Source: Cercozoa sp. M6MM
Lineage: Eukaryota; Protista; Endomyxa: Ascetosporea
Direction: 5' to 3' (one strand)
Assembly (NCBI GenBank): GCA_040357565.1
Contig: JBDODJ010000001.1
Length of the DNA: 64,000 nucleotides
Part shown: piece after piece, positions 15,237-30,030 of the stretch
Layout of the letters: each line of letters opens with the position of its first letter
Numbering within the stretch: position 1 is the stretch's first letter
Notes under the pieces: generated by a model
What the model was told of the DNA's origin: nothing
Seen by the model: the letters and a program-made list of their open reading frames with translations, nothing else
The model's database searches: none
Position numbers and translations under genes: made by a program

Positions 15237-15901
15237 ATGAACTCGGATCTCCAGCAGAACATCATGAACCTGCAGCAGCAGTTCGAGGAGGTGCAGAACG
15301 ACATTGGTGTCAAGGCCTTCCCGCTGATGAAGGACATGCACAACTGCATGGCGCGGTGCTACGACGCCTCAAGCATGGAGCAGGGTGCTTTAATATTAAT
15401 ATATGTATTGAATGTAAGCATGGAGCAGGGTGCTATAAATATCATACATTCAATACATCTCTGTTTTTATTTGTTTTATTTTTTTTAATTTGTGACTTCG
15501 CTTAACTTTTGTTTAAGTTCTTTTCTGTTGTTGAGCAGCCGAGGCATGCCAGGCCGACTGCACGCAGAGGGTCGCCGCTCTGCAGCAGGACGTGCAGTCC
15601 GGCATGCAGCGCGTGCAGCAGCAGGTCTCGATGTGCTTCGAGCAGTGCAACGTAACCTCCCGTGTTTTTCACAGTGGGGCACATTGCTACTGTTTATTTT
15701 GTGCTTGAGACAGCTCGGCGCCAGCTCGACGGGCGAGGTTGATGAGGCCGCTTTGTCGCAGTGCGCTTCTTCGTGCTGTCAGCAGGTGCGTTTTTCCTCT
15801 GAGTCTCACATCTGACTTGCGTGATTGGAAGTGGTTGTTCTCGACAGGGCCACGGCCTCCTGTTCCAGTTCCGTGATTCGATCGTGTCACGTCATTTCTA
15901 A
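15237..15901 (+). CDS. FAM136A/DUF842-like helical Cx3C protein
   Basis: MHNCMARCYD, AEACQADCTQR, VSMCFEQC and LSQCASSCC: four Cx3C motifs in a helical protein of about 130 aa. Probable 5'UTR intron at about 15154-15226. Confidence 0.65.
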
Positions 15902-16078
15902 GCTTGCTCAGTCATTCTGTCTTGTGCCGTATCGCCGTTTTAGTCGAGTTCAATTTTGGCTTACAGGGCCAGTACGACAAAGATGGGTCTCCGGCAGTTA
16001 CGTTACTTTTGCGTATAAATTATGTTAGGTGTAGCGTTGTCAGTTAGTCAAGTCTCTCATCTGACTACTCTACACTAT

Positions 16079-17170
16079 TTAGTAGTTGGAAGAAACGGAA
16101 AGTCGCCGTGGTGGTCGCCGTGCATGTGTCAGTGAGCGTCTCGTCGACGCGCTACTCCTTGATGCAACTAAACTTCGACGCAGCGTGCCTGCGCCTGCCT
16201 TTTGTGGGACGTTTTTGCCTTTGACTTCAGATCCGCGCTTCGCTATCCGCCTTGTTGCGCATGCAGCTCCTTGCCCCTTTCTTGGCTGAGAGCTCGACGG
16301 GGTCTCATGATCAGCGTCGGTAGTCAAGTTTGGTGATGAAGCTTGCCGAGCGCGCAGTGTTTCGAGCTCTCGTCTTGCGTCTTCCAGCTGCTGCTCTAAG
16401 GATTCAAAGCTTTCAAAGACTTTCAGTTTGCCAGCATCGTTTCCCAGTGACAATCTCCTGACAACCCGCTGCTGTCTTTCGCGTCTCCTAGCGTTTTCTT
16501 GGAGTGCTCTCTTTGCCGACAACTTTGCCAGCGACAACTCCTTTGTTCTCTGCTTGAGCTGCCTTCGAAGTTCTTCGGACACATCTCGCGTCTTTCTCAA
16601 CGAAATCTTGAGATCTAAATTTTCAGCAAGATTGCAATTGTGCGCGACGGATCCTAGTATTGTAGTATACGCGCTTTCGCTTGGATTTCAAACTCACCTG
16701 CATTTTCCAACCTCAGCGCGCGAACCTCCGCTTGGCTAGTGAAGAAACTTTGCTCCTGTTTGCGAATTAGCTCGTCGAGCTGCCTTTGAATACACTCCTT
16801 TTCGGTGCACACTTCACTGAACTGCGCTTCCAAACGCTGAACCGCGGTTTCGTAGGCCTTCACCACTCTCTGGTCAATTTCTGGAGTTTCACACTGTCAA
16901 TTTCACCCCCCCCCCCCCCCACACACACACACACACAGCACCTGCTTCACCACTCCCATCATTCTAGACAGATAAATTACCCAAGGAAGCATCCAATTGC
17001 TTTTGTAGCTCGAGGCAGTGCTCACGGTGTTTCTTTAAGCACAGGTGCATGTCTTCGACCGGTGCTTCAGCTGCGTGTTCCTCTCGTTGAGAATGCAGGG
17101 TTTCACCGAGCGAAGCGGATCGGGACATTTGATCTTCCAAACGCACGAATGCCCCAGTCCCAGAAGGCAT
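16079..17170 (-). CDS. Coiled-coil protein of unknown function
   Basis: Successive exons with heptad-rich segments (AYETAVQRLEAQF, LEQQLEDARRELETLR). Start is uncertain. Confidence 0.5.
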
Positions 17171-17374
17171 GTTTCTCGTGACGCAGCAAGGTCTCGACTG
17201 TTTGTTTAAGCCTCGTGTTTCGTCTGTCAGGATCTGAAAATTTACTCCACTCCCTGGCTCGCTCCGCGCGGATGCACACGAATCCAACCCCGGAAACCTG
17301 AGGTGTGATCCGGGGCAGTGACGGGTATTTTCCAGCTGTTCATAGGCCTATCAAGTTCCAGTGTCGCCGATTTG

Positions 17375-20436
<3,062 letters not shown>

Positions 20437-21240
20437 TTTGTGCAATATGTCTTGTATTGGTACCCAATGCTGCTTTTACGTGGTAATGACGGTCCCAAAA
20501 ATCAAGTGATTGCTTCAGTCAAATTGATCGATCAGTGATTGGTCATAAGCCATCGTGCTCGCGCGGGAGCCAAACAAACAAAGCAGAACTTTGCCACAAT
20601 CAGAATTTCTCCAATTTTCTCTGCTGAGGCAGACCCCTCGTGTTCGGACGAGAGGATAGCTGTGTTAGGTGCGTTTTTAGCGACTTATGTGCCTTTCTTT
20701 TTTGAAGGCACCAAACAATTTGCTTGACTCCCATGTGCTCGTAGAAACTTCAGGCAAGCACCTTTGACCGACAGAAAGATGAACATTAGTGTAAGCCGGC
20801 TATCTTTTGATTGCTCTTTACTGTACCGTCTCGTCGCACTCGAGCGAGTTTCAAAGGCCGAAACATTTGTTTTTTTTCACCCGCGTGGTACCGTTTGCAA
20901 AACCCCAGTGATCGATCCAGCAGGTTTTGTGTTCTGAAATCCTCGATTCAGCACTTCCTTTGCAACTGTTGGCCTACTGGAATCTTTCCGTCGTTTTGCA
21001 GTTGGATACTGTGCCAACGTCGTCGCACCCTCCACCTGTTTTAGTCCGCGCTCGAGATGCCTGTTCTTTCCCGTGGAAGCAGCACGGCTTCGCTGTCGTT
21101 TGATGTGCGTTTGATTATTTTGACTGCTTTAGAGTCGCGTTTGCAACAGTGCACTTCAATTTTGCATCCTCTTGGTTTTTTTGGAGGAACTGTGGTGCCA
21201 AAGGACTTGAGTCACCTTTTGCACGTTTATTCTGTAGCGC

Positions 21241-22388
21241 ATGTCGTCACTGTCTCCAATCTCGGAGACAGACACTGTGTCGGAGCCTGACTTCTCACTC
21301 ATGGTGGAGGAGTCATCTTCGGGCAGTCTGCTGACGCCAGTGACGCTCGAGCAAGTCATGCGCGACGAGATGCTGTTGCAGTGCTTTGGGCACTTCTTGG
21401 ATCGTATCATGTGCCGCGAGAACCTCGACTTTCTGCTTGCCGTACGCGGCTACGAGCGCCTGTGCGAGTTGACCAAAAAGGCGTCACGCTCCAGCAAGGC
21501 CGCCGCGCAGATCTACTACACATTTTTGCACGAGGACTGCGCTCGACCGGTGAACCTGTCGGCGGAGTCAATGTCCAAGATAATGCGTCGCCTGCAGCGT
21601 CGCAAGAAGTACCAACCGCTCATGTTCCGCTCGCTGCGCAAGGAGGTGCAGCATCTTCTCGAAACCGACTCGATCCCCAAGTTTTGCCGCTCCTCCGAGT
21701 ACCGCGTCTACGCCGACGAACGCATGAACGAGCTGCGTGCCGAGGCGCTGCGACTTGATACCGAAGCCGGTGCGACTCCGACCGTGAGTTCCGTTTCTCT
21801 GGTCTCGTGTGCTTTGTCCTCGAGGATATTGGTTGTGTTGACAGAAGAAGAAGTTGAGCCGCTTCCGTCGCTGGCGCCAGCGCCGCTCTGCGTCGACGTC
21901 GTCGATCAACTCGGACTCGTCAGATGCGTCGGACAATGGCACGACCAGCTCTCCGACAGATGATTCTGAGCTCGAGCACGAAGACGGCGACTCCACGCTC
22001 GGAAGCAACATCGACGAGCTCGAGCTCGACTTTGACGATATGTCTATCGCCTCCGAGGACAGCAGGTATGCTCCTTTTTATCTAACTTCTCGCTCCCCTA
22101 GTGTCTTAAAGCCTAGCTTATGATGCTTGGCTTGGTGTGGCAGTGCGGCTGGCTCTGAGACGGGACGACTATCTTCAACTCGAATCGTAGAATTCCGCGC
22201 AGAGATTGGCGCTGACGACGACCCCGAGTGTATTTACCACCCTATCGCAACCTTGTTTGATGCAACTGAATGAGTGATATTCTGCAGTGTTACGCATGAT
22301 GGACATTCTCACGCAAGGTGCAACGAAGAGGTATCTTACGCTCAGTGCCGAGAAGCCTTGGATCGAGAAACACCCGCCTTTGTTGTAG
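21241..22388 (+). CDS. RGS-domain protein (regulator of G-protein signalling) with acidic Ser-rich tail
   Basis: LEQVMRD..FGHFLDRIMCRENLDFLLAV..AAQIYYTFL..PVNLS..MFRSLRKEVQHLLETDSIPKFCRSSEY. Confidence 0.85.
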
Positions 22389-23147
22389 CAGTCGCCCAGG
22401 GATTGCGGATGTGGGCGTTGTCCGTGCTCGCAGTCCACGCAGTGCCTTTTAAGTGCTCACATCGTCGCACTCACACTCGCACTCACACTCACACTCACAG
22501 CTTCGTATTTATTCATCGCAAGTGAGAGACAAACTCACTCGGTGCACATTCAGTGCCAACGCACTCTATTGTTTGATTTATCGCAGCCACCCGAACCCTC
22601 AGTGACAGAAACAGTGACTCGTCTCGTCCAAAAACTCCTGTTCTCGCTGGCTTCGTTCGCGGTGACACTTCAATTGTTCCAACAGTTCTTCCCAGCTCTT
22701 TGTCTTCGCCTGTCGTGCCATCAGGCTTGAACACTCGAAACCCCAAAACGGACTTGCTTCTCCTCTACCGTTCCCTCGTCATTTATTCCCTTACATTACT
22801 GCCAAGCCCTCTCTGAGTCAATCAGTCTGCAAAGTAAGCGAAATCTTCTTGTAGATGGCAGTTTGCGCTCTTCGCGAAGCAATCTGATCATCGTGTCAGC
22901 CAACTGAATGCTTCAGTTCAACCGGGGAATAGGCCGAAGCGTGAGCCCTTTTATAAGTTTGTCGGTACTGCAGCATAGCGCAGCAGGCTGACTGTCAGTT
23001 GTGACAGTTGTTGTTCAGTAAACCATCACTGCAGATCACAAAATCGAAAACAGAAAATTTTGTCTCCAACGGGCAGCTTCTTCCCTTGCTGTTTTCACTT
23101 GCCCCAAACAGATCTCTGTAACCCCCAAAATTCGTTCCTTTTTCTGC

Positions 23148-26100
23148 ATGGGCGTGCTTAGATACGCTGCTTTAGCGCTTGCCACGACATGTGCGGCTGG
23201 CCCTGACTTTGAATTGTACGTGATTCTGTCTCCGCGAAAAATGATCGTTCGTGCTCCATTTTATGCGCTTTTCTTCAGCCGCAGCGGCGGTTTGCTCCCC
23301 TGCTACACAACCACGCGCAGCGAAATCAAGAGTAGTTTTATCTTCGTGAATTGAAACGAGTCAGGCATCAGAGCGTATTTGCACAGGTGCCGCAGAGAAG
23401 GCTTACGTTCCGTTGGAGTTGGACCTGAGCTACTCCGCCGAGTTGAGCAAGAACACGACGTCGGCAGTGATCTCAGTGCAAGCACCCGGTAGCATTGGTG
23501 GCGGGAACTTCTCGTCCTTCCGTGTATTCAACAACACTGGCGGTACTGTTTTGGTCATTGTCGTTGGATATAAAGATCGATCCTGTTGTATCGTGTGTAT
23601 CTAAATTTACAGAAAACCACTTGCCGATTCCGCCTCGACAGACGGCGTTGTCGGCTGATGAGTTCGAAGGTATGCCACGCGTGCACAACAGCAGCAACTA
23701 CGTCATCTATCTCAATGCTACCGACATTGAACGCATCCGACGTTTCGCCATGCTCTCTGTAAATGAATGTGCTTCTCCCATAGGGCATCTTTTATACATC
23801 CGCTTTAGAACGAAACGAGCGAACGAGACGAAACTGGACGTCACTGGACACCTGTGGACCTTGTGGTAGGACAATCATTAATCGGTATGGCACCTTTATT
23901 TTATTTTTTGCAGCTGTCGGCCGAAAATAACTCGACTCACACCGTGCAACAACAAACGGCATCTGTTCGCGTCGAGACGCACTGTCGTTTTGCGCGTCCG
24001 CACGATGCGGTATACATGACCTGGCTTAATCTTTGTTTGCTTGATGTGGCGGTTTTATTCTCCACAGGACGTGCCCGAGGCCGGTCTGCGAGTGCTTGGT
24101 CCCACTGGCGGTTTCATTTTTGAGTACATTTGCCTGTTTTCCGACTCGTGTTAAGGGAGCGTTTATACTTCTGTACTGCCCCTTTGTACAGTAGCTGCTA
24201 CGGACAAAACTCCACAGATCTGGCGACGATCGTTGTCGAACCTGCACTGGGTACAGTGTTCGTGTTTTCTTCTAGCATCCTTGTTGTATCTCTGTCTGCA
24301 AAGAAAACGACAAGTACTTTCACCAAGTGGAAGTTTCCTTTGAAGGCAACAGCCTCCTCAACGTTTCCGGATACGGTGATTCTAGTCTATGCCGGTCTGG
24401 TTCCTATATATCTACGATACACGTAGGCTCGACACCACGTGTGCAAGTGCCTCTGTCTCCAAACCTCAAGACAAGCTTGCTTGTACAGTTGTATATACGA
24501 GCTTGCTTGTACAGTGAAAGGCACATATCGCTTGCAGAAGAGCAAGGAGGTACCATTCAACGTGTCCGTGTTTTTGTACGACAATGTTACTGCGTTCGAA
24601 CTCGGCGATCGCGACTCGAGTCGGCTTCGTTTGCAGCAGCTAATCGCTGTACCATCTGTCTACGGTTTTGCTGTAATTTTTTACCAGTGAGGAAGTCCGT
24701 TGAGCACAGGTTCGTCACAACAACAACACTGTCACCCGTGCAGAGGTCTTGCGACACCTGCCTGACCAGTCAGGTAGGAATTAAAGAAAACCTGGGCATC
24801 CTTGAGAATCAAATAGCTTGTGTGTTTGTAGTCTTTTACCTACCAGGGTACGAGCTATACTACAGCCAGGCGCAGCAACTGCACATCAGTCACCGCAACG
24901 ACGACATCTATGTCAAAAGCTATGGACGGAGTGCGTCGTTTGACTGTACACTTTACATTGCTCAACTGTTTGTTTATCACGCTGTGCGGCTAAGCCCTCT
25001 CTTTGTTGGTAGTCGGAGGCGTTGCTTCGTTCAGCAACTTGCCTGGCTGCTCACCGTATTACTGAGTACAGACACCGATCGGCTTAAACAAAAGTTGTTT
25101 GTTGTCCCTGTAGGGAGCTTCTTTCGCGACACTCGGCCGTCTACTTCGACAAGTTTGGCGTACTAACAGTTTTGCCTTTTTTTTGCTGATGACGCATTAA
25201 CTGTATGTGAACAGGATCAAATTGTGCCCACTGGCATTGATCTGCCGTATTTTCTGCCAAAGATTGACTTGACTCGACCTGACCTGACTTGACTTGACTT
25301 GACTTGCTCAGCCTTAAAATTGGAAATTTGGTGCCGCTGCTTCGTACCTCGCCAGTTGCGGTAAGTTTCTCCGGTTCCGCTGGATACTGGAGGTGCGACA
25401 AGTCAGTGAGTGCAGGTGGAATCGCTACTACGCGCCATGGCAGGCGAGTTCCTGCAGCCGCTGACTGAAGTTGTCGCACACGTCGTATGCTGCCCTTGTT
25501 TTGTGTTTAAGTCATTTATTTAGTACGCATGCTTGCAGACACTGTCGCAAGAGGAGAGCGAAGCACTTGAGTCCACATGTGCCGAATGTTGCATCAGTCG
25601 CGCCGTTCTTTCTTTGGTGGGTTCAGTTTTCATTTTGTGTCAATATGCATCATGTGATGTACTTTCAGTCGCGTGTGCCCACGATGATTCAAGCCAACTT
25701 CACATTGATTGGTGCCAAGTGCCCCTTCAACGGGCAAGTGTATGTTGACTTCGAGAGTTTAAACATACATATCATAGTACATGTGTTTGTGCAGTATTCA
25801 CGAGCCGTCCCTGTCGGTCAGTGTGCGCACTGACGTGCATGCGACCAGTCCGGTAGCGTAGTGTGCACAATCAAGTGAACTAAACTATTGATATACCTGA
25901 GTTGAGAACTGTAGGGAACACGCGCACTGCGTCTGCAACAAGCCGGCTATGTCCATGGTACAGACAGTTGCACGAGTACAGTTCTTGCAGTCGAGCAAGT
26001 CAAATTTGTTCTTTGCAGGTCACCGTTCGTTGGATATAATCTTGGATCGCTTGTCGTTTGAGTTTGCGCCCGCTGCTCTGGTGCTTTCGCAGTGATTAAA

Positions 26101-26551
26101 ACTTGAGTGCTGTTGCTAGTGCGCTGACTGACTGTCCTCACAATGCACAGAAACACGGCAAGGTGCTGGCCTCCGTGGTGGGACCGGCCGGCTTCTCACA
26201 GCGAGTGGCACTGTCGCTGTCGCCGTCCGAACCGTGTCCCACGTACTACAACAACGTGCCAGAGTCGATGCGGACTTTCCTTGCTGAAGTAAGCTTCACA
26301 CCCAATTTGTGCCATGCCATGCTTTCTTTCAATAGCTGTGCGGTGACGATGTCAACAATCTGCCGATGCGGCCAGACACTCCAGACACTCACGTACTACC
26401 AAAACCTACCAGCTAGGCTCCTGTATTTGTGTTTGTGCCTGAATGGCTTGCTGTATCTGGATAGGACGGGGCAGCACACCGAGACCGAGTGACGATCGTC
26501 GCCACGGTCCTGCTAGTGACTGCGTACACCGTGCTAGCGGCAGTGCTCTAA
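23148..26551 (+). CDS. Secreted, probably GPI-anchored, Cys-rich surface protein with an EGF-like segment
   Basis: Signal peptide MGVLRYAALALATTCAA. Many short exons. Cys-rich segment (CPFNG..C..HCVCNKPGYVHG). Hydrophobic C-terminus DGAAHRDRVTIVATVLLVTAYTVLAAVL*. Not every junction was traced. Confidence 0.55.
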
Positions 26552-26922
26552 GTTCACGTGCACCCCGCTCGACACCTGAGGCACGGCAGCTGCTACGCTA
26601 CAAATAGTCACATCACGTTCCTTTCACTGGCAAACGTCAGCAACACGTTAGTTGGAGAATTCTCTACGTTCATAGTATTTAGTTAGTTAGTTGAGTCTTC
26701 TAGGAAACCAACTATGTAGTTTCCCTGCACCAGCGCAGTCTGGAGTGGGTCACAACTACGTTCATAGTAAGTCTCCGTTCCAACGTAGGTATTGCGTTGA
26801 ATGCTCACGTCAATAGATCAAGATCATACTGCTACAGTACGCACGGAAACTACACGTCGTCCTCACGCTCGAGCTCACTCGACTCCGTGCGATGGAACAA
26901 TCCACTTTACACACCCACACAG

Positions 26923-28893
26923 CTACTTGCGTCGCTTCTTGTTGCGTCGCTTCTTGCGCTTCCTCTTGCCGCTCGGCGTCGCAGGTGCCGGCGCTGGCTT
27001 CTCGACGACGACAGCGTCCACTTCTGTCGTGCTGCTGTGCCGAACAACACGCATCGTTTGCATTTGACAGTTGCAGTCTTAGTACCCAGCTTCGGCGTCA
27101 GTTTTGGTTTCGGCCTCGGCCTGCTTGACCGGCTCGTCCGGCGCGGTCTCTTCGGTCGGCTCGACTGCAGGCGACTCGGGCTCTGCGATCGGCTCAGCCG
27201 GCGCTTCAGCAGCTTCGACGGACTGCTGCACGAGCTCCTCAACCTGCTCGACCGGTGCTTCGACTTGCTCGACCGGTGCTTCAACTTGCTCGACCGGTGC
27301 AACCGCTTCTTCAGCAACAGCGTCTTGCGTCTTCTCAACAGTCTCCTCGGCCTGCTCGGCAGTCTCCTCGGCCTGCTCCACAGTCTCCTCAGCTGCCTCA
27401 ACAGTCTCCTCGGCCTGCTCCACAGTCTCCTCAGCTGCCTCAACAGTCTCCTCGACTTGCTCGGCAGTCTCTTCGACTTGCTCGGCAGACGCCTCAACTT
27501 GTTCAACAGCCTGCTCGGCAGGAGTCTCGGTCTCTTCGACAGTCGCCTCGGCCTTGGCGAACACCTCCTCGACCTGTTCAGACGTTTCGGCCTCTTCAAC
27601 GCTCGTTTCCACCGGCTGGGCAGTGTCCTCAGTCGGCTCAACAGCGTCCTGGACCGGTTGGACCGGCTCTTCCTGGACCGGAGTCTCTGCAGTCGGCTGT
27701 GGCTTGGCGTGAGCGACGTGCTTCTTGGCCTCGAGCTCGTCGTACTGCGAGGCGATCGCGCGGGCACGGGCGCTAGACTGAACCACTGGCTCCCGCTTGG
27801 TCTCCTGTGCAAGGTGGGGGGAGTCAACAACACACAAGGGGACTGGAGGAAGCCTGCACGCACCTGCGGCTTGTCGTTGGAGTGCAGTCGGGCGATGCGG
27901 TCCGCGATGGAGGTGACCGAGTGCTGCTGCAGCTCGGTGCTGCGATTGCGACGGTGCGTCACGGCCACCTTCTCTGCCTCGAACTGCCGAGCCTCGAACT
28001 GCTTCAGCGTTGCGTAAACGCGCTTGTTGCGTCGGCCACCGCGACGTGTGCGACGCTTGTGCGGCACCTCTTCCTCCTGCTCGGTCTGCTTCTCCGGGTC
28101 CTCCTCCTCCTGCTGCTGCTCCAGGTCCGGCTTGCTCTCGGCCGACGTGCGCAGACTCGCGATGCGATCCTGGATGCTGGCCTGCTTGCTGAGTGTCGCC
28201 GGTGCCTGCGCCGCCTTGTTGGGCCGCTCCTTGGCCGGCGAATTGTGCAGCGACGCGATGCGATCGCGGATGCTCGTGAGTGGCTCCTGCTGCTGCCGCT
28301 TCGGCTTTGCGGTCTTCTGCTCGGCCGCTTGCTCTAGGGACAGAGAAGGTACAGAAGGTCTTATAAAGGGAGGGAACAGAGGATACCACTGGAGTCGTTG
28401 AGAGCCTCGTAGCGACGAAGCGTGGCGTAGACCTTCTTGCGCTGTCGCGCCTTGCGCTGCTTCGGAGGCTGCTGCTGCTGCTGCGAGTCCTGCGGGGTCG
28501 CGCCGCCGCTCTTCTGCTGAAGCGACGCGATGCGCTCGGCGATGCGCTGGGACTGCGAAGGCGACTGCGTTCGCTTCGGCGACGCCGGCACCGCCTCTGA
28601 AAACGCAGAGAAGTTCGGTAAGTTTTAATATCTTCAAGTCAAAGCATACCACTCAGATCCTTCAGCGACTCGAACTTCTTGAGCGTCTCAAAGATACGAC
28701 CGCTGCTAGTGCGCACGTGGCGCACCTTGGGTTCAGCCGACTGCTCAGTGGCTACAAAGGCACACAGGAAAGTAATCCGCGACGACAACAAAAGACAGTC
28801 AAAAAAAGCTGCCGTACCGCCTTTCGACTCGAAAGCTGCAGCAAGCGATTTGGTGCGATTGCCGACCAGCGGCGGCATCTCCTGAGACGGCAT
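26923..28893 (-). CDS. Intrinsically disordered protein with recurring SIxDRIAxL motifs, acidic heptad repeats and a polybasic C-terminus
   Basis: Exons spliced from MPSQEMPPL. Contains SIAERIASL, SIRDRIASL, SIQDRIASL, SIADRIARL and (AEETVEQ)n/(VEAPVEQ)n, and ends KRKRKKRRNKKRRK*. Confidence 0.65.
27230..27560 (-). repeat. Coding 21-bp degenerate tandem repeat (AEETVEQ/VEAPVEQ)
   Basis: Recurrent cagtctcctcggcctgctc and cttgctcgaccggtgct units on the + strand. Confidence 0.85.
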
Positions 28894-29309
28894 GTAAAGG
28901 CAATGTCACTGTATGCGTGCTCCTATCACCGTAACTATGCTTGTGCAACACAGACACAGCCAAACGTCAGCTCGGCTGTCGGGAGGAAAAAACGTCCGCT
29001 CGGAAGTCAAAAGGGCGTCACCGCGCGAAAGGATGCGTCGCACTCTAGAAGCAACGGAACACTAAAGTGCCGTCAGAGGGTGCCGTGTGCTGTCCGCCGT
29101 GCCTGAAAACTCTGCAAACGCGTGGTTTTCTCCTTTCACTCCCAGAATTCGCCGCGTCCTTAACAAATTTGCCAGGATTCGCTGTTTGAGACGTAACTAC
29201 GAGTTTAGATGACAGCCACGGGAGCTAAATACAAGTGGTGGTGTGATAAATCAAGTAAGAGCGCGCTAGAAGCGCGCAGGAAGCGAAGTAAATCAGAGGC
29301 GATCAAGAG

Positions 29310-29853
29310 TTAGAGCTCCTCGAACGCCAGGCGAGCCTCGTCATCGAGCACCTCGCTGCGTCGCAGGAAGGGCAGCACAGTCTGCCAGAGCGTGTCGTCG
29401 CGCACGAGCTTGTGCACAGCATCAATGTCGGGCTTCTGCAAGCAGAAAGAAAGAAATAAACGCTCCGAGTGAGAAACGCAAAGATCGATCACCATGTAGC
29501 GATCCTCGTCCCACTTTTGGACATGCTCGCGCACGCAGTTGTACACGGCCTCAAGCGGCTCTGTTGTACGCAGCGGACGCAGCAGGTCGAGTGCCTGGCA
29601 CTGGGGGAGAAGGGTAGGGCTAGGGGTAGAGGGTAATGAGAGGGGTGGGTGGTAAATAGGTACAGCAGCAAGGATCTCGATGGCGAGGACTTTCTCGACG
29701 TGTTCGACGACGCGGAGAGCCTTGCGTGCACTCATGCCGCCCATGGAGACGTGGTCCTCCTTGGCGGCACTCGTGCTGATCGAGTCCACTGACGACGGGT
29801 GGCACAGCACCTTGTTCTCCGACACCAGCGACGCCGCGCAGCAGTGCGCAATC
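29310..29853 (-). CDS. HAL: Histidine ammonia-lyase, 3' exons only (remainder in gap)
   Basis: [84 protein letters not shown]. Confidence 0.9.
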
Positions 29854-30030
29854 NNNNNNNNNNNNNNNNNNNNNNNNNNNNNNNNNNNNNNNNNNNNNNN
29901 NNNNNNNNNNNNNNNNNNNNNNNNNNNNNNNNNNNNNNNNNNNNNNNNNNNNNCACACACACACAGGTAAGATAAAATATACAATATACATCAATACATA
30001 CATATATACATATGTACAGAGACACAATAC

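Noticed and set aside
26797-28017. 406-aa Leu-rich ORF on + (and similar long antisense ORFs at 32363-33486 and 44888-46012)
   Set aside because: These are shadow frames of repetitive or GC-rich coding sequence on the opposite strand or in another frame. They show no independent motifs.
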